Source: Bispira polyomma
Taxonomy: Eukaryota
Reading direction: 5' to 3'
Assembly: GCA_965649765.1 (NCBI GenBank)
Contig: OZ287756.1
Coordinates: forward strand, 10,478,001-10,542,000
Length of the DNA: 64,000 nucleotides
Position 1 is the stretch's first letter. Each line of letters begins with the position of its first letter. Of this stretch, positions 26,901 through 40,600 are shown piece by piece. Under the pieces are notes generated by a model that saw only the letters and a list, made by a program, of their open reading frames with translations, did no database searches and was not told the DNA's origin. The translations under genes were made by a program, and so were the position numbers.

Positions 26901-29900
26901 ACTAAATTTGCGGAGTACCCGGTTTCGGAACGGTTAGACGCTAGGGATTATTCGGTCCGCTTTTTTAGGGCCCGTCTCACCCCTAATTTTTAAAAGGCTA
27001 TTTTTGTTTTCATCTATTCAGGAGCTGATACAGAATGCTGAGGATGCTGGAGCCAGTACCATCAAGTTTCTCATAGATCACAGCCAGTATGACACACAGC
27101 CAGACAAACTGCTGTTCCCATCCTTGGCCAATCTACAGGTAAACTGCTGTAAATTGTCGATATAGTATTTATAAGAGATTTGTGAATTTTTTTTACTAAT
27201 ATGTGGTGTGATGTTAACAAAGTTACGTTACTGTGCTGTAAATTAGCAGTATATGGCAGTGATTCCAATGCTAGAAGGATGTAAATTATATATAGCTCAT
27301 CAGTGTAAGTGTGACAAACTTATTATTGTAAAAAAAAATCATACTTTTAAAATAACCTATATAAGCTGTTAAATGTAAATCTAACCTATAATATGTTGTG
27401 CCACACTGGCAACATACATAAGAGACCTGATTTACATGGGAGATACTTAAAATAATTTGTTTACTGGTAATGAGTTTCAGTTTATGACAAATGTTTTAGG
27501 TACACTGTAAAAGTTAATACATAAATAATACTGTACATGTCTAATTGCTCTCATGTAAATATTTGAATGTAATTGTATCCACTGGAAATCTCGTTGGTTT
27601 ATACCTTGTTATGCCGCCGCCAAGTCAATGTGTGTAGAGATTTTACCGTTACAGCTCTCCTGGGAAAACTTTTACACCTAGACTCCTGAAATTTACAGGA
27701 AATGTTCTTTATTACAAAAGCTTCTCTGGGAGTCATTTTGGCCTCATTTTGAAAAACAAGATGGCCGCCACGGGCATTTCTCTGAAAATAACCAGGCTTT
27801 TAACTGTGTCTGTTTCTCGGCTGTAGAAGGTTAAATCTCTTTACAGGTGATATGTTTAACAGAAATATATGTCCTGTATAAGCATGCAGACATTTGACAT
27901 TGAATCTCCTAATTCAAGGTCATCAACAGAGTGCCAAAGTACCCTAAGTGACCGATTTTGGCCGAACTTAAGAGTGCCTATATCTCGCTTAATATTGGTC
28001 CTAAAGGTTTGGGATCTAAAGCCAATCTATAGGAAATCATGAGCAGATAATCTTTTGATATGCTCAGATTTGACCTTGAGCTTCTCCTTCAAGGTCAAAC
28101 AAGGATGGCTAAACTTAAAAGTGCCTATATCTCACTTATTTTTGGTCAAACAGGTTTTGGATGTGAACCAACCTATAGCAAATCATGGCCTGGGAATATT
28201 TTGATGTGGTCTGATTTGACCTTGGGTGGATGACCAAACTTAAAAGTGCCTATATCTCACTTATTTTTTGTCCCAGAGGTTTGGAGTGCCAAACCAACCC
28301 ATAGAAAATCATGGGCTGGGAATTTTTTGATGTGCTCAGATTTAACCTTAGGCCTCTTCTTTAAAGTTAAACTTTTAGGCCAAACTTTAAAGTGCCTATC
28401 TCACACTTGTTATTGATCCCACAGGTTTGCAATGTGAAACCCTTTTTAAGGCTATTTAAGGCTTTAGCATAATGCCCTATAAGAAATCATAGGCTTCTAG
28501 CTTGGGTGCTAGCTAGGGTGTTTGCTACCTAGAGTGCTTCGTCTTTCTGGTGGATACAAATATGCATTGGTTCTCCAATGTGTTAGGTCTAGTTTAGGTT
28601 TATTTATCCTTTATCAGTTGGTTATTTCAATTATCTTTTATGTTAATCTATTTTTATTTATCCTTTATGTGTTGCTGATTTCAATTATCTTTTAAAACCT
28701 ATACTATTATTGTAAAAATAAAAACTAATGATAAATAAAATTTATTATTAAGCGTCCCGTAAGGGCGCTTGTATATAGGAGAAAAATTTAAGCATTTTTG
28801 GTCATGTGACTTCTCTGATTGGTCGAAATGTGATGACACTATATTGAAAATTTGCCCAAGGGCTACTGCATACATGTGCCAAATTTGAATAGAATCCACT
28901 CAGTGGTTGCTGAGCTATAGTCATTAGAAAATGTGTGACAAAAAAAATTTCCCTTGTTTTGTACACAGGAGAAAATTCACACGGAAGGGGCCGCCGGCTC
29001 CCGCCTTTTCTATTGGCTATAGCTCAGCAACCACTGGGTGGATTCTCTTCAAATTTGGCACATGTATGCAGTAGCCCTGGGAAAAAAATTTGAATATGGT
29101 GTCATCACATTTCGACCAATAAGAGAAGTCACATGACCAAAAACAAGTTTTTTAAAGGGGTGTGCTTGTCCGGATGATAAAGCGCTTTACCTATTCTCAT
29201 GAAATTTGGCAAGTAGGTTTCTCATATAGATGTCTGGAAGTAGGTAACTTTGGTGATCAGATACAAAATGGCTGACTTATTAACGATTAATATCTCGCAA
29301 ACGATGTGAGATAGAGCAATTTCGGCTCAATTTTGGGCCCAGAGGGTGTAGCAGTATACTCAAAACTCAGCAACTTGCCCAAATTTTGCAAAAATCCTTA
29401 TATCTCAACAAAGAAAATAAAGAATCCTTAAAATCTCGGAAACAGTGCGAGATAGAGCGATTTCGGCTGAATTTTGGGCCCACAGGGTATATATACTCAG
29501 TACACACAGCAACTTGCCCAAAAATTCAAATTATTTTAAAAAAACAAAAATTTTCAAAAATTTAAAAAATTTTAAAAAAAGTCGAAATTTTCAAAATTTT
29601 TAAAAACATTTTTTATTTTTTTTAAAAAAAAGTCAAAATTTAAGTCAAATTTTTTTTTTTTTTTTTTTTTTTTGCAATATTTTTTTTTTTTTTTTTAATT
29701 TTTTAAAAAATCGCTCTCTCACCATTTTTGGCCGCCAACTTGAATTTCTGCATTAAACGCAAAAATGCGTTTATCTTGGAAACTGTGCCAGATAGAGCAA
29801 TATCGGCGGAATTTTGGGCTCGGAGGGTTGATGCAGAAAATTGCTCAATGTCTTATTGGGACGCTTTGTTTTTGCTCTGCAAAAACAATTTCCTTTTATT

Positions 29901-32900
29901 TGCAAACCAGTACTCTAGTTATTAGTTATATTAATAATAATTACACAAGGATGTTTAAGCGTTATCGGTGTCGAAGCCACTGTTTTTGGTACTGAAGCAA
30001 ACCTTAGTCTCCAGAAATAATTAATCTGACACTTTTGGTTGACACTTTGGTTTACACACAAGGTAAGACGCCAAGAGTCACACTATTGCAGACAGCCAAA
30101 TACCACATTTTCAGAAACATGTTAACTGCAGCTAGAATATTGTGCTCACGCTGATCTTTGGCCTCATTCTGAGAAACAAGATGGCCGCAGCGAGAACTTA
30201 TTTGAAAAATTCACAGAAAAGCTGTTGCAGATCCTAAAGGGAACTTTGGCCTCATTCCAAAAATACCAAAATAGTCATCACAGACGAATATAAGCCTTTC
30301 CGCCTTACCACTCGCAGAGAAAAACCATTACAGCTAACGTCACCAAATGTTCAGGATATATCTTTAGTGCTATAATATTTAGCTCCTGTTGAATTTTGGC
30401 CTCATTTTGAAAAACAAGATAGTCGCCACAACAACTTGTTTACAAATGATTTTATATCATTCACAGACGAGCCGTCACTGATATTGTTACCAGCTTCAGT
30501 TAGATGGAAATGGTAGTTATTGGTGCAGGTTTGCTGTACTTGTGCAGCTAAGAAACAGTTAATTAGGGCTTGAATAATACCAGAATTAGATAAATGCAGA
30601 TAAGTTTGAAAAATTAACATTTACACGGGCACCGGGTGATACAGTTCATTATATCACTCTGCACGTCTCAACCAAGAAAACGTCATAATTAAGTCACGGT
30701 AGATAACAAAATCTAATATTGGGATTACAGTGACCACCATAGTTCTGGTTTATGTTGTTGATTCCCTGGATGCTTTAAGTCATGCAATCACAAAAGGTTA
30801 AATTAGTGCTTTGAACGATATGATAGATTTTTGACACGCCTAATTGATGGCAGGCATCTTTTAAAGCACTACATCATTGACAAAGTTGTTAAAATCGTTT
30901 ACAATGAAAATTCCTGATTTGAAAGGGGTGGGAGATATGGATGAGAAAGGTGTCTATGGAGGCAGGGTAAGCGAGGTAAAGAGATGTGTCTTAAATTTAC
31001 TTGTAAAAGCATAGAGGGTTCCCTGGGATCTTGTATTAGCTGATAAATTATTCTATAGAATACAATAGAAAGTTTGACCCAAATTTTAGGGCCCTGCTCT
31101 TTGTGCCTACAATGATGCGACATTCACGGATGAAGACTGGAAAGGGATCCGTATGATCCAGGACAGTGTGAAGGCTGATGACCCACTGAAGGTGGGGCGT
31201 TTTGGACTTGGGTTCAAATCTGTGTTTCACATGACAGGTAAGCAGTTTTATTATAGATAACCAATTGACCACCCAAGTGGCAAACTACTCTATACCATAA
31301 GTGAGATGTCCTTGACAATACTCTAGTTACGGGTCTCGATAAGCAAATCTTAGAAATGCCTGTTAGTTTTACTTTTAAATTCAAGATTTACTCTTTTGGG
31401 TCAAAACCTTTTTCATAACCATACCAACAGTACTTTTCGAAATATTGAGCTTTTTGTGGGATGTTTTGTACTTTTTCAAGTCTGTGTGTCTACAAGCTAA
31501 TCTCAGGCTAGTACTGGAATACTATACTAGAGTATTTTGAAATTGTAGGCAAGTGTGATTCACTATTGAGGATGATTCATTTAAAAATTCAGAACGATTC
31601 CTTTTTCCAGTAAAGAGATATTGCAGTTTATATGAAGCAAAGTTTTTTTGTCCCCTGCTTTGGCAGACACATAGGGATTGCTTTGTCCATCGTCGGTGTC
31701 GTCGTCATCACGCTTTCGTTCCGGACCCTAACTCAAAAACCGCGTGACGGATTTTATTCATATTTGGTACACAGCTGTATATAGACCTAAGGAGAAACCC
31801 TATTGTATGGTGGCCTTAAACGCCTAAGAGTTAACAGTTTATGATGACTTTAAGGTTACAGCATGTTTCAGTCATTCCAGACTCTTAACTCCAAAACCGC
31901 TTTATGGATTTCATTCATATTTGGTACAAAGATGTATATTGACCTGAGGAGGAACCCTATTGTATGGTGACTTTAAACTCCTAAGAGTTGAAATTTTATG
32001 ACGACTTTCACGTTTCAGTCATTACAGACTCTAACTCCAAAACCGCTTGCTGGATTTCATTCATATTTGGTACACAGATATATATGGACCTGAGAACGAA
32101 ACCTATTATATGGTGGCCTTAAACTCCTAAGAGTAAAAGTTGTTATAATGAGTTTAAAGTTACGGCATCTTTGATTACTTCTATACTGTGACACAAAACC
32201 TTCCTATACACTTTTAAGTTAATATTTGAGGATAAGAGCATTTTTTGTATGGTAGACCCAACAGAAACAGATTATTATTTTGTGAAGAACTTTTATCGGG
32301 TCTCGTAAATTTGGAAATGCTTTGAAATAAAATATGCAGTGTATACTAGCCCCACCTGGCGAAAATTTGTTCAATTTCCTTAAATTAAAAGTGATGGTAC
32401 CACTGGATGCTTAGTTTATACTTCTCTGCGTTTATACAAATTTTTTCTCTCCAACTTACTATGAGAAGGGGACACAGTAATATTCATCTATTTTTTTGTC
32501 AAATTTAGAAGCCGCCATGTTGTTTTACATTGCATAACAATCTCTTTGTTTGTGTGTTTCTACAGTACTATTCTAGTGAGAAAAGAAACCAATTTTCATT
32601 TCCAAGATATTTTCGCTAATTTTTTTAAAAGCAAGAACGTCTTTATATATATATATACTCACTAATCGAGAGGAATGGATTGACATATACTCACTAATCA
32701 AGGGGAATGGATTGACGTCATTTTCTTCAGGTGTAGGCCAGCTGGTGTTGCGGTAAGATGGGGGACTTTGTAGCTGGAGAGCCACAGTTCGCCTCCCGCT
32801 TGCGTAGATTTTTAAATTTTTTTTGGCTAGCTGATCTCTTATTTAACATATAATGGTTAAAATGTAAGCTAGCTCCATTCTGATATTGTTGTGATTGTGT

Positions 32901-34615
32901 GTCATCTGTCCATCGTCCGAGTTTGGTTTCCCTCATCTTAAGTCTTTAGCATTGTAAACACAAAAAAACGATAGCTGCTAAACCACGTTATGAAAGAAAA
33001 ACTGTCTAGAAACATGCACTGCTTTTGTTATGAAGGCCTCAGTGAATTTTTAAACATGAGTTTTACTGTATGATGAGTGAAACTGATAAACGAAGATTTA
33101 TATAACAATTCAAGTTAATTTTTTTTAGTTTTTAAGCATCCCGTAAGGGCACTTGTTTGTATATAGGAGATAAATTTACGCATTTTCGGTCATACGACTT
33201 ATTTGATTGGTTGAAATGTAATGAAACTGTATCGCAAATTTGCCCAAGGTCTACTGGATACATGTGCCAAATTTCCCTTGTTTTGTACAGGAGAAAATTC
33301 ACGCGGAAGGGGCCGCCGGCTCAGCCAGTTCGCGCCTTTTCTGATTTCGGCTAAATTTTGGGCCCACAGGGTACAAAACATTTTTTAAAAATGATAAAAT
33401 TTTCAAAAGTCCTCAGTCTCAACAAAGAAAACGAAAAATCCTTAATATCTCGGAAATGGTGCCAGATAGAGTGATTTCGACTGAATTTTAGGCCCACAGG
33501 GTATAAAAATATTTTCAAAATGTTAAAATTTTGCAAACGTCGTCAATCTTAACAAAGGAAACGAAAAATCCTTAATATCTCGGAAACGGTATGAGATAGA
33601 GTGATTTCAGCTGAATTTTGGGCTCAGAGGGTATACTCAGTATTGTCAAAACTTTCAAATTTTTTTTTCATGATATCGGCTGAATTTTGGGCTCATAGGG
33701 TATAAAAAATTTTTGAAAATGTTAAACTTTTCAAAATTTTGCAAAAGTCCTCAATCTCAACAAAAAAAAAAACGAAAAATCCTTAATAGCTCGAAAACGG
33801 TGTGAGATAGAGTGATTTCGGCTGAATTTTGGGCCCACAGGGTATAACAAATTTTTAAAAATTTTCTAAATTTTGCAAACGTTCTCAATCTTAACAAAGG
33901 AAATGAAAAATCCTTAATATCTCGGAAATGGTACGAGATAGAGTGATTTCGGCTGAATTTTGGGCCCACAGGATATGAAGTTTTTTTAAAAAAGTCAAAA
34001 TTTTGCAAAAAGTCAAAAATTCTAAAATTTTTAAAAAAGTCAAAATTTTTAAAAAAATTTAAAAATTTTGCAAAAGTCCTCAATCTCAACAAAGAAAACG
34101 AAAAATGCTTAATATCTCGGAAACGGTGCCAGATAGAGTGATTTCGGCTTAATTTTGGGCCCACAGGGTATAAAAATTTTTTAAAAATGTTAAAATTTTC
34201 AAAATTTTACAAACGTCCTCAATCTTAACAAAGGAAACGAAAAATCCTTAATATCTCAGAAATGGTACAAGATAGAGTGATTTCGACTGAATTTTGGGCC
34301 CACATGGTATGAAGTTTTTTTTAAAAAAAGTCAAAATTTTTAAAAATATTTCAAAATTTTGCAAATGTCCTCAATCTCAACAAAGGAAACGAAAAATCCT
34401 TAATATCTCAGAAATTTTACAAGATAGAGTGATTTCAAAGTAAAAAAATTCAAAAATTTTCCAAAAAGTCAAATTTTTCAAAAAAGTAAAAAAAATTTCA
34501 AGTCAGAAATTTAAAAACAAATTCTAAAATTTTCAAAAAAGTACAAATTTTTAAAAAATCTTGAAATTTTTAAAAAAGTTAAATTTTTAAAAAAATCTTG
34601 AAATTTACAAAAAAG

Positions 34616-34650
<35 letters not shown>

Positions 34651-37600
34651 ATTTTTTTGGGGAATATTTTTTTTTTTTTTTGTAAAAAAATCGCTCTCTC
34701 CCCATTTTTGCCCGCCAACTTGAATTTCTGCGTTTATCTCGGAAACCATGCCAGATAGATCAATTTTGGGCTCAGAGGATATATGCAGAAAATTACTCAA
34801 TGTCTTATTGGGACGCTTTGTTTCTGCTGTGCAAAAACAATTTCCTTTCATTTGCAAAGCAGTACTCTAGTTATATTTGTTTTTACAATTTATAAGAGAA
34901 AGTATTACATACAACAAGCATAAAATTGTAAGAATAATGTGAATATTTGAATGGGAACACCCCTCACAATCGTGACACATTACACATAAACAAAATGAAT
35001 CAATACTACAATATTGCATACCACAAGATAAACATGATAGAATGTTCGTAAAATAAAGAGGCATTTTGGTATAAATTAATAGAAAAATGAAATTTGGGAA
35101 AGTCAAACTTTGTCCATAAAATCGAATATTTGGAAAATAGGAGTTTGGTTAATGCAGGTTGTACCGTTTTTGTTGTTGTATATTTAACCCACAGCCTATG
35201 TGTGTATATAGACTAGGGGGTATTGTTTTTACCCGGGCTATCTGTGTATGCGGCTAAACAAAATTTGTTCTCAGAAACTGTGTGGCCGAGGAAGTTAATA
35301 GCTGGTACAACTATTCTTTAGGGGGAATGGAGGTGGGGGTTATAGATGAGCAACATCACGATCTGATGTCAGCTAATCAGTGGGAATTTGCCACTTATTT
35401 TGTGGGTTTTTTTGGAGCCAGTTTGGTGGCTGTACTACCATCCCCTTCAGTGGTTACCTGTTATATGTCTGATTTTACCCAATGGCTGTGGGTTTATCGG
35501 CATCTCTGCTATGCTATTTTTGTTTTTAAATTGATCAATCACTGTGTGTGTGTCTTTGAGAGTTCCGATCTTCTACGTGCCCACCTCATTCCTTGCTTTC
35601 AGACCTCCCTGGAGTCCTATCCAACAACAAAGTAGCATTCATTGATCCCCAGGCAGTGTACTTAAGAAGAAACAAAACCATACCTCAAACTGGGGAAACA
35701 GTGGAGGTGCCAACCACGTCCAGGGCTCTAAGGCTGAGAGCCGATCTGATGGCAAAATACCCGAGTCAGCTTGAGCCATTCATGCATGATATCTTTGATC
35801 TGAGTGCGTCAACCATTAAATGTGGTGGCTCCTATCAGGGTACGGTCTTCCGATTCCCACTGAGAAACACAGAGCGTTCCGACATCAGCAGCACCTTGTA
35901 CACCGTGCAGAGGCTAAAGCAACTCTGTCAGCAATTAGAAGAGGAGTCCCACTTTCTGCTGTTGTTTCTGAAACACGTGCACACGATTGAAGTATATGAG
36001 AAGAAGGCGGCAGGTATGGCACCGACCTTGGTACAGAGTATCAAGGTATCCAACCAAAACCGGGAAGAAGTGGTGCTTGCCAAAAGACGGTCGTTTCATA
36101 GCAGTATCAAGGCAAGACCGTTTGAGAAGCATTCATGCTCCTATCCTTTAACGACCACCTACTGGAGCCATTCTTGTGATGCAACGAGTAGACAATGGCT
36201 GGTGACACAGCACTATGCAGGTAATACGGATTCACACGCCACAGAAAATGCCCAACTGTTGCCCCTCATTGGCGTAGCACTCCCCCTGAGCGATTTAGGC
36301 AGCCATTTGTGCCGAGGCCACACCTTCTGCTTTCTGCCACTGCCTCAGAATGATGACAACCTGACCGGATTGAAGGTCCACGTCAACGGATACTTTGCAG
36401 TGGATCAGAGCAGGACACATCTGAAATGGCGAGACCATTCGTGGCAGCGTGACGATGCAGACGCTGATTGGAATCACTGGCTAATAAACAATGTACTTCC
36501 TGTGGCTTTGTGGGAACTCGTCAGGTTTGCCATTGATTTACACAAACAAGGTAGAGTTGAAGTTTCTGATGTGTACAACATCATGGCCAATAGTCTAGAG
36601 ATAAAGAAAAATTGGGAGCCGTTACTTGATGCTTTCTGGAAGCGATTGGATCAATACGACTGCTTGCACACCAATCAATTGGCCACCTGGGGAAATCCAA
36701 AGCAGTGCTACATTGTGCCCCATGGCGATCGGAAGTACTTCAGTGTCCTAGAAAAGATATGCGATGATGCAAAGTTGGCTCTAGTGGATCCACCAGGACA
36801 CGTTTTGAATGAAGTTGAAAACCGACATTTAGGGATATATGTGACGAGAGAGCTTGTTCACAAGGTCCTGTCGAAAAACATGAAATTGTTGGAAAACGAG
36901 CGCTGGACGATCCTGCAATACTTAGTAAGTGAAGATAGGATGGACCTGATTATAGGTCTCAAGCTTATGAAGCTCGAGGATGGTACATGGATACAGTTCA
37001 CACCATCTTCATCATCCGTGGTGTACCTTGAAACCGTGGAGTGTAGAAAGTCATTGCTGCCGCTGTTCACAAGTAAAACATTTATGGCAGCGTGTAGTGT
37101 GGAAGATTCTGGCTACAGCATCATGAAAAAGATAGCAAACACTGGTATGTAACATAGAATGTTCTGCCAAAAAATGATCACAAGAGGCTGTGTACTAAAA
37201 CTGACAGTCATTTGCTCATTAGGTGCTGATGAGGGTTTAACAAGTTTAAATAATTCCTAACTTTTGACATTGTAAGAATATATTTTGTACAAAGTGAAAG
37301 AAATTTCTAGATTCATGCAGTATTTGTTACTATTTTTGGTTTCAAAGTCTGGTTATTGTGTTAAAATATCGACTATTTAATTAAAATCCATTTTCCTTCT
37401 TTGCTTTGTATTTTAAACACAATTTTAAAACACCACTTGACAGCAATTTAATGGAAAACACCACTTGATAGCAATTTAATAGAAGTATTTCTGGGAATAG
37501 TAGGATGACAGAATTACTCTTACACTAAATTATTGAACTATTTACTCTAAAGTGTTTTGTTACAGTATAGTTACGTAATGTTTAATGATATTAAAAATTA

Positions 37601-40600
37601 TTTTCCTCAATCCAAACTTTTAACATATATGATGTTTTACAGTAATAAATTACTCGTTAAAGAATCTTACATATACAATGTATTATATCCATGAATCATT
37701 TGAACTATGCGTAATGATCCCATTCTGCTAACATTATTCTAATATTGTCTTTTTTTAGGAAAAACCCAGGTTACAATTCTCAACAATAGCAACTTCCCAA
37801 CGGTGTTGCGAAAAGCCTTTCAAGGCCTCACCTCTTACCAGTGTGACCAAAAACCTTTGAATGTGGGATTCAGTTGGCTTGTGACATTATGGAGACACAT
37901 TGAAAAACACCCCTCTCAAGTACACCTGTTTGAAGGTCTTCCCATTGTGCCAGAGAGCAACAAGAAATGGTCTGTCCTTGTAAAGAATGTTCCATATGTA
38001 GCTTCAACTTTGGAAGATGACAGTCTTAGTGATTTGCCTGTTTCTGTAGAAATACTCAAATCATTGGGCATTAGAGTAGTGAAATCATTTGAAGAAGCCT
38101 TTGCAAGAATCCCTAGAAAATTGCTGAAGGAATTCATTGCACAACCAACTGCTGTTGGGATCTTGGATGCTTTTCAGAAACTAGACAGGAAGCAGTTGAT
38201 AAAGAAAGTGGAAAGCTTGGACTGTCAGGGAAAGAAGAATCTTCTGAAACTGATAACTGGTGCAACACCATTGTATGGTCACCACACGACTCTTTTGCAA
38301 GACCTGCCTTTACTTCTTTGTTACCGCACAAGTAAAAATGGCACTGAACAGTGGAAAAAAATGTCAGAAGTTGCTTATGCAACAGAAATGGATTTGCCAG
38401 TGTTTGTTACCAAGGCTATAGCCAAGTCCAAAGTGTGTGGACAGTATGCAAGAACAATAGGAGTATCCGAGCTCACTGCTACAGAGGTTCTGGTAAAGAT
38501 AATTTTCCCTGATTTGATGAATAAACATTTGAAGAGGATATACACAGATGGTGATGTTGAAAAACTGATGATTATGGTCATGGACAATTTTGATGTTCAC
38601 CAGAGGAACAACCCCAGGTTTGCGCATTGTATTCGAGAAATTCCCTTTGTGCAATCTGGCTCTGGCTTGTCTCCCCCAAGTAAGCTGTTGGATCCAACGG
38701 AAGAGAAAACCAAGAAGATGTTCCAAGGTCTCCCTGTATTTCCTATGGGTCTTTTTGCACAGCATAAGTGTTCTGCTAAGCTTTCAGAACATAACTGCTT
38801 TCAAGAAATAGATGATGAAAAACTGCTGCTGTTGGCCAGGCATATAGACCAGAATCATTGCAGTGGGAGTCTACTTGAAAATGGGCAGCAATTGCAGACA
38901 TTCATCTGTGAAAATGTCCATTCTATATCGAGGCATACATTCCTGATGCTCAGATCATTGCAGTGGATCCCAGTTCAACAAGAGGGCCCAAAGCACTATC
39001 CCGCAAGCATCCCTTGGTTTGGTAAGTCTATCTTCTTCTCTAGCCCGGATAAAACCATGGCATGGGTTCCAGTAAAAAGTCAAGGGCCAAAGAATTCAGC
39101 CACAACAACAGAGCAATATCAGTATGTTGTGGGAAGTGTGAAGCCAGTGGCAAAGGTCCTGTTAGATACAGATACAGCCCAAAGGCTACAGTGTAATCAA
39201 GAGCCAATGGTAGAGGAGGTACTGGAACACCTGCAGAATGTTGTGCAAAATTACGGAGAAGGAGACATTCCACCTGTGAGAATGCTGAAGTATATCTATG
39301 GTTACATTTGGGAAAACCAGGACATAGACGATGAAGACATAGATGAAGAGATAGCGTCATTGGCAGATGAAAGCTTTAAATGGATATGGGGAGGTACATG
39401 CTTCACAGACATTAGGCACATTGTCTTATCTGAGTGTTTAGTCGCTTTGGAACCATATGCTTATCGATTGCCTCACGACTTGTCCGAATTCACTGACATG
39501 TTTCAAAAACTTGGAGCTAAACCTGGGGCACAACTGGATGCAGTTTTAGTGGACATAAAGAACTTCCATGAGAACAACTGTCCTGACAGACCAAAAATGC
39601 CTCGAGTACGACACGACCTTCAGATGTGTTTGCAGATATTAGATATTATGGAAAGGGAAGGCAGCTTGAAGGAGAATACAGAAAATCACGTACCAATACC
39701 TGTTGAATGGGATAAAGATGTGCTAAAATTGGTAGATTGCAACCAGTGTACGTATTGTGAAGATGACAGCATCAATATCAAGGATATCCAGGAAGAACTT
39801 CATATTGTACACCGAGATATTCCAAGACGGGTGGTGAAGGCCCTTGGTGTACCAAATATGATGAGCCGCTATCTGAATGCAGAAGAACTAGACTTCATGA
39901 GTTATGGCCAAGGGGAACCATTAACAAGAAGGATAGCCAGCCTCCTTGAAGACTATAAAGATGGATTTGCCGTGCTGAAGGAGCTTATTCAGAATGCAGA
40001 CGACGCAGAAGCCAGTGAAGTGCATTTCATATATGACAAGAGGGACTTTGGAAAGGTTTCAAAGTCACTGATTTCTCCAGAAATTAGGCAGGTTCTTGGA
40101 CCTGCACTTCTGTGCTACAATGACCGGGTTTTCACTGATGATGACTTTGCAAATATTGTCAAGTTGAGTGGAGCAACCAAAAAGGAAAAGGTCGACAAAG
40201 TTGGCAGGTTTGGGCTTGGCTTCAATGTTGTGTACAATCTGACGGATGTACCGAGCTTCATCAGCAGAGACACGATAGCATACTTTGATCCACACATGAA
40301 ATACCTGAGACAGGCTATTAAAGATCCTTCAAAACCTGGAATCAAACTCAATGTGAAACATCATGGAAACCAAATTAGGAAATTTAGAGATCAGTTTCAA
40401 GTGTTTCATGGTATTCTTGGCTGTGACATGCAGAGTAATCCTTTACCCCTGTTTGATGGAACCCTGTTTAGGTTTCCCTTAAGGACGGCAAGTCAGGCGG
40501 AAGAGAGCGAGATTAGCACCAATTACTACAGTGAAAGAGAAGTTAGAGATCTCTTCAGTCTGTTGCAGAAGACGTCGGAGTATCTGTTGCTGTTTACACA

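Larger units (their letters stand above)
27606..30862 (+). mobile_element. Outer HINE-like element hosting nested insertions
   Basis: atgccgcc at the 5' end and ggcaggcat at the 3' end; module tttggcctcattttgaaaaacaagatggccgc recurs at about 27738, 30157, 30245 and 30394. Confidence 0.55.

Noticed and set aside
33330-34440. CRISPR-like repeat-spacer array
   Set aside because: Spacers are related low-complexity A/T tracts and the array lies inside a HINE.
35282-35635. Extra sacsin coding exon upstream of 35603
   Set aside because: Different frame and no sacsin similarity; exon 4 already joins seamlessly to 35603 (HMT-D-LP).
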